Virus record (IMG/VR): IMGVR_UViG_2531839587_000015
Reading direction: 5' to 3' (one strand)
Length of the DNA stretch: 34,485 nucleotides
Source: a virus
Lineage: Duplodnaviria > Heunggongvirae > Uroviricota > Caudoviricetes
Part shown: positions 1-6,183 of the stretch, in pieces
How the letters are laid out: the number at the start of each line of letters is the position of its first letter
Position numbering within the stretch: position 1 is the stretch's first letter
Made by a program: the position numbers and the translations under genes
The notes under the pieces: model-generated
The model's input: only the letters and a program-made list of their open reading frames with translations
Databases searched by the model: none
Told to the model about the DNA's origin: nothing

Positions 1-54
1 TTAAAATCCCTCGGCGTTCGCGCTGTGCGGGTTCAAGTCCCGCTCCGGGTACCA
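1..54 (+). tRNA. leuZ: 3' portion of tRNA-Leu(UAA), truncated by window start (anticodon loop, long variable arm, T-arm, CCA end)
   Basis: Sequence ttaaaatccctcggcgttcgcgctgtgcgggttcaagtcccgctccgggtacca matches the recalled 3' end of E. coli tRNA-Leu(UAA): T-arm GCGGG/CCCGC, GGTTCAAGTCC T-loop, terminal ACCA. Confidence 0.8.
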
Positions 55-206
55 TGGGAAAGATAAGAATAAAATCAAAGCAATAAGCAGTGTCGTGAAA
101 CCACCTTCGGGGGGGTTTTTTGTATTTGTATTTTGTGCAATGGCGGTGGAGTGGCGATGGTGTGGCGATATGCAGAAACAATAGTAGTGCACGTGCTGTT
201 TAAACT

Positions 207-254
207 CTAAGGATGAAGCCGAATTCTCCTGCAGCTCCTCCGTATTTCGCATAG
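207..254 (-). pseudogene. Hok-family toxin remnant: only the C-terminal ...LCEIR... codons remain; about 130 nt including the start codon are missing relative to the copy at 1067-1207
   Basis: Minus-strand translation gives LCEIRRSCRRIRLHP*. Flanking DNA aligns with the 3' end of the intact hok at 1100-1140, and the adjacent leader (255-365) aligns with 1255-1380. Confidence 0.5.
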
Positions 255-365
255 TGAACTAGGACCTCGGTTAAACAAAAATTTTTCTGGGATTTTTCCA
301 CTCGACTTCATTTTTCCTCCTGCCATCCACCAAAAGGTACCTGCGCTAATCTGTCTTTTTTAATC
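255..365 (-). repeat. hok/sok-like leader region, copy A (homologous to 1255-1380)
   Basis: Shared blocks cctcggttaaaca, tttccac, cctcc..ccatc..cc.aaagg.acc..cgc.taatct...tttttt with the region upstream of the intact hok ORF. Confidence 0.55.
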
Positions 366-593
366 TGACAACATCCTGAGAAAAGGCAAAATCGTCAGAT
401 TTACTGTTTTTCTGCTGCCTCGAATGCCGATGTCTGCAGCACTGATAAGAGCTCTATCTCTTTGATATAGATCTTTTTTTTGATGAATTGCACGGCATAT
501 TATCGTTATGACACCTTCTTGTTAAAGGTGTTGTACTCCACATCTCGATTTTATGATGTGGGTTATGATTGGTTAGTAATAGAGTGTATCGGT

Positions 594-875
594 ATGCGAT
601 GTGGTTTATTAATGGCAATCTGTTTTTGTTTGGTATCTTTTAGTGGGTATGCAGCAACAGGAAAGTCTGATGCTCAGATCAAGAAAGAAATAATTAAAGA
701 ATCCATTGAATCGTATCCAGGCAATTGTGCGTGTCCTTATAATCATGCAAGGAATGGTAGTAGATGTGGTAGACGCAGTGCATATAGCCGTACTGGAGGG
801 TATGACGTGGTATGTTATGAGAGTGATGTTACGGATGAAATGATCCGGCAATGGAAGCAGGAGAATGCTGAGTAA
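594..875 (+). CDS. Small secreted Cys-rich protein (signal peptide MRCGLLMAICFCLVSFSGYAA; motif CACPYNHARNGSRCGRRSAY resembling YHYH-type proteins); AT-rich gene
   Basis: ORF 480-875 in the track. An internal Met at 594 begins a typical signal peptide; the 38 residues before it look non-native. Low-GC coding sequence. Confidence 0.55.
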   Translation: MRCGLLMAICFCLVSFSGYAATGKSDAQIKKEIIKESIESYPGNCACPYNHARNGSRCGRRSAYSRTGGYDVVCYESDVTDEMIRQWKQENAE

Positions 876-952
876 TCACTTTTAACTGGTTTGTTTTGCG
901 AGCATTATGTGTGTTGTTAACGGTACCCTAGCTAAGTGAGAGCTCCAAAAGA

Positions 953-985
953 AAACCCGCAGTTTTTACGCTGCGGGTTTTCTTG
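953..985. terminator. Bidirectional rho-independent terminator (cccgcag / ctgcggg stem flanked by A-run and T-run)
   Basis: Hairpin aaaacccgcag-tttttacg-ctgcgggttttc lies between the convergent + strand gene ending at 875 and the - strand hok ending at 1067. Confidence 0.65.
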
Positions 986-1066
986 TTTGTGTCCATGGGA
1001 TAGGGTGCCACTTCGGCCAGCCTTAGCAACCGATTGACGGGGGATTGCTCCCCCGTCGCGGTTTCC

Positions 1067-1207
1067 TTACTGCTTACACTGTAAGAACGCCGCAAACTCC
1101 GCTCCCCAGAAGCTCATCCGTATTTCACACAGCGAACCGTGCAGCATCCAGATGATGAGGATTACCGTCACGCAGAACGTGATGGCCATAAGCGATTTTT
1201 GCGACAT
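1067..1207 (-). CDS. Hok/Gef-family type I toxin, 46 aa (MSQKSLMAITFCVTVILIIWMLHGSLCEIRMSFWGAEFAAFLQCKQ)
   Basis: Own translation; absent from the ORF track because it is under 60 aa. Single TM helix plus the conserved SLCE(I/L)R and AAFLxCK motifs of HokA-like toxins. AAGGAG Shine-Dalgarno 10 nt upstream. Confidence 0.75.
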   Translation of the reverse strand: MSQKSLMAITFCVTVILIIWMLHGSLCEIRMSFWGAEFAAFLQCKQ

Positions 1208-1254
1208 AGCGCTTGCTCCTTTTTTGGGGAGGCGCTAACCTATCACTTGCTAAG

Positions 1255-1385
1255 GTTAGATGGTCAGGGCCTCGGTTAAACAGAAATGTTTTCCGGGGCC
1301 TTTCCACATCTGGCCTTCGGGTATTCCCTCCAGCCATCAGCCGAAAGGCACCCGCGCGTAATCTATCGCTTTTTTGTTACTCCGG
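1255..1385 (-). repeat. hok/sok-like leader region, copy B (mok/sok/translational-activation region upstream of intact hok)
   Basis: Homologous to 255-365. The SD region is embedded in a GC-rich pairing context typical of hok mRNAs. Confidence 0.5.
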
Positions 1386-1397
1386 CAATTCAGCCTG

Positions 1398-1658
1398 TTA
1401 ATTCTGAGGTAAGGGCAAACTCATTTGGTTGTTTCCCCTGTGCGAAGCTGGCAGCTCATTCCACGGGATGCCCTCTGAAGAGTGAACGCCTGGGGCGTGT
1501 TTCGATGTGAATTTATGGAAAGCCTCCAGTGTTGAGAAGCATACGCCGCATTCCAGGTTGTTACACTGGTAATATTTTTTCCGCACGGTATCTGAATCAT
1601 TTTCCGAACGACTGGTGCGGATACGGGCAGATGCGCCACAAAGCGGACAACGAAACAT
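1398..1658 (-). CDS. ogr: Ogr-like zinc-finger late-gene transcription activator
   Basis: MFRCPLCGASARIRTSR...YYQCNNLECGVCF shows the CxxC...CxxxxC pattern and N-terminal similarity to P2 Ogr. GGGAGG SD 5 nt upstream of the ATG. Confidence 0.85.
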   Translation of the reverse strand: MFRCPLCGASARIRTSRSENDSDTVRKKYYQCNNLECGVCFSTLEAFHKFTSKHAPGVHSSEGIPWNELPASHRGNNQMSLPLPQN

Positions 1659-1761
1659 AGCGACCTCCCTTAACGTAGTACTGTCGCTAGTTTAGGCTGA
1701 ACTTACTCAGACTCCAACTGATAGTTCGCTTTGTTTACTGATGCCGTAGAAAGGTCTCTTA

Positions 1762-1792
1762 GCAAGAATAACCCCAGTTTAACACTGGGGTT
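1762..1792 (-). terminator. Rho-independent terminator downstream of the moron gene (ccccagt / actgggg stem, U-run on the minus strand)
   Basis: Hairpin aaccccagtttaacactggggtt followed on the minus strand by uuauucuug. Confidence 0.6.
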
Positions 1793-1807
1793 GCTTGCAA
1801 CAGAGCG

Positions 1808-2461
1808 TCAATTTTTAAGAGCGCCGATACAGAAAAATTGCATGACATTTTTCTTTATTGATTTAAATAGGCTAAATATTGTGATAGGTCTAAAGCTAGT
1901 CAACTCGCTGAATTCTTTTCTCATTTGGGAAAGTAACTGCCGACGTACTGATTCAATTTCTGCTGTTTGAGCTCTCAAATATCTTGAGAAATCAAGTAGT
2001 TCATCAGCTGTTTTGTTTTGGCTATTTATAAACGTAACAGGTTGCCCTGGCTTAGATATGAGAAAGAATTGATCAATTTTATCAAGTAATGGTGGAATTA
2101 TTTGTTTCCATTCAGCCCATTCTTTTTCACGATGAAACTCCAGGCTGTGCTGACATGCTCTGAGTTGCTGTATATCAATCGCCCAGACCTCACTCTCATC
2201 GAGGCAATCTTTCCATTTGCTAATTACATTAATGTCAAATTTTTTGTTCGGTCGATAATCTTCTTTGGCGCGCGCTTCCAGTATAGAGGCAAGGCTACCT
2301 GTATATTGCATCAAATTGGTAGATGCTCGGTTTACTAGCTCAGATATTCGATCTAGTTGAGTTGTTCTAATCTCAAGTGCTTTCTTTTTACGTTCATTTC
2401 GTAAAGCAAAATATGCAGCAAGGCAGACTGCAGCAACTGTGGCTGCTGGTTGCATATTCAT
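1808..2461 (-). CDS. Moron: membrane-anchored hypothetical protein, 217 aa (N-terminal TM helix QPAATVAAVCLAAYFAL + KKK, then a soluble alpha-rich domain); AT-rich
   Basis: ORF 1808-2485 in the track. Start placed at the Met at 2461, which has an AGGA SD 8 nt upstream. Lies between ogr and D, where P2 has no gene. GC clearly lower than the flanking phage genes. Confidence 0.6.
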   Translation of the reverse strand: MNMQPAATVAAVCLAAYFALRNERKKKALEIRTTQLDRISELVNRASTNLMQYTGSLASILEARAKEDYRPNKKFDINVISKWKDCLDESEVWAIDIQQLRACQHSLEFHREKEWAEWKQIIPPLLDKIDQFFLISKPGQPVTFINSQNKTADELLDFSRYLRAQTAEIESVRRQLLSQMRKEFSELTSFRPITIFSLFKSIKKNVMQFFCIGALKN

Positions 2462-2655
2462 AACATGGATCCTCTGACATGGCATTTATGGGCGCTATTT
2501 CAGCAGTAATCATTTGTGTGTAAATTTGTTTGCTACAAATTAACATATTCTAATGTAAGGTACTTCTGATTTTGACACTTGGTAGGCTGTCAGATTGGTT
2601 ATGATTCTTGCTGTAGGCGCGTTAACAAATGTCAGGGCTAATGCATCTAAGTTGT

Positions 2656-3753
2656 TTACTCTGTTTCTGCTATCCATTCCGGGATTTTTGCTTCAAGCTC
2701 AAGCTGAGTGGTAAAGCCGCTGTTGTCAATGGTGTGCTCGGCTTTTGCAATAATCCAGTCCTGATTGTCAATGTCACTTTTGAAGCCTGTCACCGTGCCA
2801 TGCATTTCGGGATAGAGTTCTGCACGTCCACACGCCAGCGTGATGGAGAACGCTGCGGCTCCGCGTTGTAGCTGCTGCCACTTTGCCGCCGCTGCACGTC
2901 TTGCTGCCTGCTCGTTCTGATAAGTCTTGCGTAACACAAACACGTTGCCTTCCGCGCCTTCCATATAGTCGCCTTCCCGGCTGCTGCTTTTCTCCTTTTT
3001 CGGTTTGCGGCGTTTCACGCTGACTTTTTTCTTTTTCCCGTAATTAAGATCAAGCCAGTAGGCGCGTACACCCGTATACGCCTCGCGGTCAGCAATGCGG
3101 AACTGATGGCGATCGCCGCTGCTGCGTGTGATGGCAACGATGGCAAGGCTGGCCCTGTGCGTTCACGCCACCGCCGGCATGATGAATAACAGATTACCGC
3201 TTTTTACCGTGGTGATTGCGCCCAGCATTTCCGCCATGCGCGTAAGGAAGGACATGTCGCTTTCTTCAGTCTGGTCGGCGTGGTCGATTTCGATATCCAT
3301 CAGCATTTCGCTGATTTGCGGTTTCAGACCATACCGATGAGCGATGGCGGATACCACACGCTCAATGGTCACATCATGCCAGGACACCTCACGTTTAACG
3401 TTAAATTCATCCCGAAAATCTGCGCTTCTGGCTGAAACAGTCAGCCTGTCCGGCGGTCCTTCGTGAGCGATTTCATCAACAATGTAAGTGCCTTTTTCTG
3501 TCAGCGGTTCTCCTTTCCAGCCAATGAGAACCGTCAGGCGCGCGCCCCGTGGCGGTAGCTGCAACTGACCATCCGCATCATCCAGCGTGATGGTGAGCTG
3601 GTCCGCTTCAAATCCCCGGTTGTCGGTCAGTGACAGGCTCATCAGGCGCTCTGCCACGCCGGACAGCGTTTTCCCCTCCGCGAGAATATCAAAATCCGGC
3701 ATTTTCACGGGGTCTGTGCTCTGACTGAGCAATTGCATGGTGGTGTCGGTCAT
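2656..3753 (-). pseudogene. D: gpD tail protein (P2 D homolog) interrupted by a single in-frame TGA at 3163-3165
   Basis: Track ORFs 3163-3774 and 2656-3018 are in the same frame. The stretch between them translates without stops (THRASLAIVAITRSSGDRHQFRIADREAYTGV...) and matches gpD on both sides. Start placed at the Met at 3753 with a GGGAGGG SD. Confidence 0.8.
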
Positions 3754-3909
3754 CTTTCCCTCCCTGTGCGGCATGGTCGCATGTGCGTGCGGAGGGGGTT
3801 ACTGCTTTTTGTTGTCGCCGTGGCGGGAGAACGGCGCAGGGGTGAGATTACGCGCGTGGTGGGTGATGATTGTTGCCGAATCATTTAACGGATACAAGGG
3901 GCTGAAGCT

Positions 3910-5087
3910 ATGAGTGAAACTCGTTTTCATGGTGCCCGTGTTACGGAAATACCGACCTGGTAACAGCGATTAAGATGTTGATTCCAGGTTATCGGTATCG
4001 TGGCAACGGCGGATGATGCGGAGCGAGCTGTTCCCGCTGAACAAGCCCACACTGCTGACCCGCGTCAATGACGTGCTGGGAAAATGCGGACAACGGGACG
4101 CTTTATCGTGCGCTTAAGGCCATCGCAGACCAGGTGAGCACAAAGGTGATCGTCGTTCGCGTGGCTGAACACAAAGAAGAAGACGGAAAGACGCAGGATC
4201 AACTGGTTATCGGTGGTTCTGAGGATGACGGCAGCTATACGGGGATGTATGCGCTGCTTGTTGCAGAGCAGGATGAAAGCATCGGATACCGTCCGCGTAT
4301 TCTGGCCGCGCCGGAGCTGGACACGGAGGCGGTAACAAAATCCCTGTGCGTGATTGCGGGTAAACTGCGCGCGTTTGTGTATGCCTCATGTCACGGCTGT
4401 AACACGATGGCTGAGGCGATTACCTACCGCCAGAAATTCAACGAACGTGAGGTGATGCTCTTATGGCCGGACTTCATCGCCTACAACCCGAAAAGTGGCA
4501 AAAACGAAACGTTCCCCGCGCCTGCCTATGCGTGCGGCCTTCGTGCGTACATTGACCATGAGCAGGGCTGGCACAAATCGCTGTCCAACGTTCCGGTTAA
4601 AAATGTGCTGGGGATGTCCAGGCATGTGTTCTGGTCGTTGCAGGCCGAAGACAGTGATGCCAACAGCCTCAACAACAAAGAAATCACGACCATTATTCGT
4701 CGCAATGGGTTCCGCTTCTGGGGCAACCGCACACCGGAAACGAACGCCTACATCTTTGAGGTGTATACCCGAACCGCACAGGTGCTGGCTGATTCAATTG
4801 CGGAAGCGCAGTTTGAAACCATCGACAGTCCACTGACGCCTGCGAACGTGAAAGATGTTATCAGTGCCATCAGGGCAAAACTGGATTCACTGGTTACTGC
4901 CGGGAAACTGATTGGGGCGTCGTGCTGGTATGACGTGGTGGATAACGGCACCACGAATTTACGTCAGGGGCGCGTGCGTATTCGCTACAAATATACGCCT
5001 GTTCCCCCGCTGGAAGACATGGAGCTTTACCAGTCGTTTACTGATGAATTCTTTGGTCCCGCATTTGCGGTGCTGGGAGGTGCCTGA
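3910..5087 (+). pseudogene. FI: gpFI tail sheath; the first ~175 bp are broken by stops and at least two +1 indels; intact sheath frame from about 4083 to 5087
   Basis: ATG at 3910 with an AAGGGG SD encodes MSETRFHGARVTEI and then hits TAA at 3961. Sheath-like segments IGIVATADDAE, ELFPLNKPTLLTRVNDVLGK and NADNGTLYRALKAIADQ lie in three different frames. Downstream 335 aa match the P2 sheath. Confidence 0.8.
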
Positions 5088-5599
5088 TGGCTGTACCAAA
5101 ACATCTTCGCTTTTTTACGCTGTTTGTGGATGGTGAAAACGAAGTGGGTAAGGTGACGTCCGTCACTCTGCCTAAGCTGACGCGCAAAACCGACAGCTAC
5201 CGGGGTGGTGGCATGATGGGTGCGGTAAGTATTGATCTCGGTCTGGACGACTCCGCGCTTGATGCGAGCTTTGTCATGGGGGGCGCAGTTCGTGAGCTGT
5301 TCCTTAAGTATGGCGGCACGATTGACGGCACGCTGCTGCGTTTTGCGGGTGAATACTACACCGATGCAGAAAGCGACCTGTATGAAGTCGAAATGCGCGG
5401 ACGTGTGACGGAAATTGATATGGGGGAAGCCAAACAGGGCGAAGCCACATCACACACTTACGCCATTAAAAACACCTACTACAAGCTGAGTGTTAACGAT
5501 CGCCCGTTGTGGGAGATTGACCTGCTGAACTTCATTTACCGGAAGGACGGCAAGGACATTGTGCCCGATCGCATCCGTTCCGCGCTTGGGCTTGGCTGA
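5087..5599 (+). CDS. FII: gpFII tail tube protein
   Basis: 170 aa. Start overlaps the FI stop (TGATG). Similar in length and sequence to P2 FII (LPKLTRK..YRGGGM..DLGLDD motifs). Confidence 0.9.
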   Translation: MAVPKHLRFFTLFVDGENEVGKVTSVTLPKLTRKTDSYRGGGMMGAVSIDLGLDDSALDASFVMGGAVRELFLKYGGTIDGTLLRFAGEYYTDAESDLYEVEMRGRVTEIDMGEAKQGEATSHTYAIKNTYYKLSVNDRPLWEIDLLNFIYRKDGKDIVPDRIRSALGLG

Positions 5600-5653
5600 T
5601 AAGTAATATGCAGGCGGCGCAGTGCGTCGCCTCTGACTGAAAGGAGTTTCCTG

Positions 5654-6019
5654 ATGAAAGAGACGAAAAACATCGATACCGAAAACACGGTAGTTACTGA
5701 CACTGTGAAAGAAACCAGTGAGCGTGGCGTAAAACTTACCCAACCAATTGAGCGAGGCGGCGAAAAAATCACGTATGTGGAGATCACCGGGGCTATTGAG
5801 CAGGCTGGATCTCTGCGAGATTTGTCGCTGTCTGATGTGCTGAATCTGAAAGCGGAATCCATGTTTACGCTGCTGTCACGCGTGACATCACCGCGACTGG
5901 ATGAAGTGACGATCAAAAAAATGGCATCCCGTGACTTTATTCAGTTATGTGTGGTTGCCGTAAATTTTTTGAGCGGTGCGGACTCTGGCGGGAAGAACGA
6001 ACAGGCGACGGAAGCCTGA
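5654..6019 (+). CDS. E: gpE tail assembly chaperone
   Basis: 121 aa with AAGGAG SD. Sits immediately upstream of the tape measure gene and contains the TTTTTTG slippery site near its 3' end. Confidence 0.85.
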   Translation: MKETKNIDTENTVVTDTVKETSERGVKLTQPIERGGEKITYVEITGAIEQAGSLRDLSLSDVLNLKAESMFTLLSRVTSPRLDEVTIKKMASRDFIQLCVVAVNFLSGADSGGKNEQATEA

Positions 6020-6183
6020 TCACGGTTGTGTGCTTTGAGCACATAGAAGACTTTGTGGCGGATATTGCCGCCATTTTTAACTGGTCGCCCGCCGAAATCT
6101 TCATGATGACGCCCGGCGAAGTGGTTAGCTGGCGTGAGCGGGCGGCACTTCGCAGCGGGAATGCAGACAATGAAGACTCTTGA
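5654..6183 (+). CDS. E': gpE+E' fusion made by programmed -1 ribosomal frameshift
   Basis: The -1 frame ORF (track 5947-6183) continues past the E stop. Slippery heptamer TTTTTTG at 5965-5971 as in P2 E/E' (analogous to lambda G/GT). Confidence 0.7.
5965..5971 (+). other. Slippery heptamer T6G for the programmed -1 frameshift (E to E')
   Basis: aaaTTTTTTGag. The 0 frame reads N-F-L, and the -1 frame is open to 6183. Confidence 0.7.

Noticed and set aside
1-54. tRNA-Leu as the prophage attachment site
   Set aside because: About 1.3 kb of non-phage sequence (hok loci, secreted-protein gene) separates the tRNA from ogr, and no duplicate of the tRNA 3' end was seen near the prophage edge.
1-252. 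83-aa minus-strand ORF overlapping the tRNA-Leu 3' end and the deleted hok copy
   Set aside because: It overlaps a tRNA gene on the opposite strand and the hok remnant reads in another frame; no RBS. Treated as spurious.
1125-1510. Track ORFs 1125-1337(-), 1213-1401(+), 1286-1510(+) in the hok/ogr region
   Set aside because: They overlap the recognisable hok ORF and leader and the ogr gene in wrong frames or on the wrong strand. The real hok ORF is the 46-aa frame the track omitted for length.
3163-3165. Possibility that the in-frame TGA in D is recoded (selenocysteine or readthrough)
   Set aside because: No SECIS-like element or known recoding context is evident, and P2 D has no such event. 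A nonsense mutation or sequencing error is more parsimonious.
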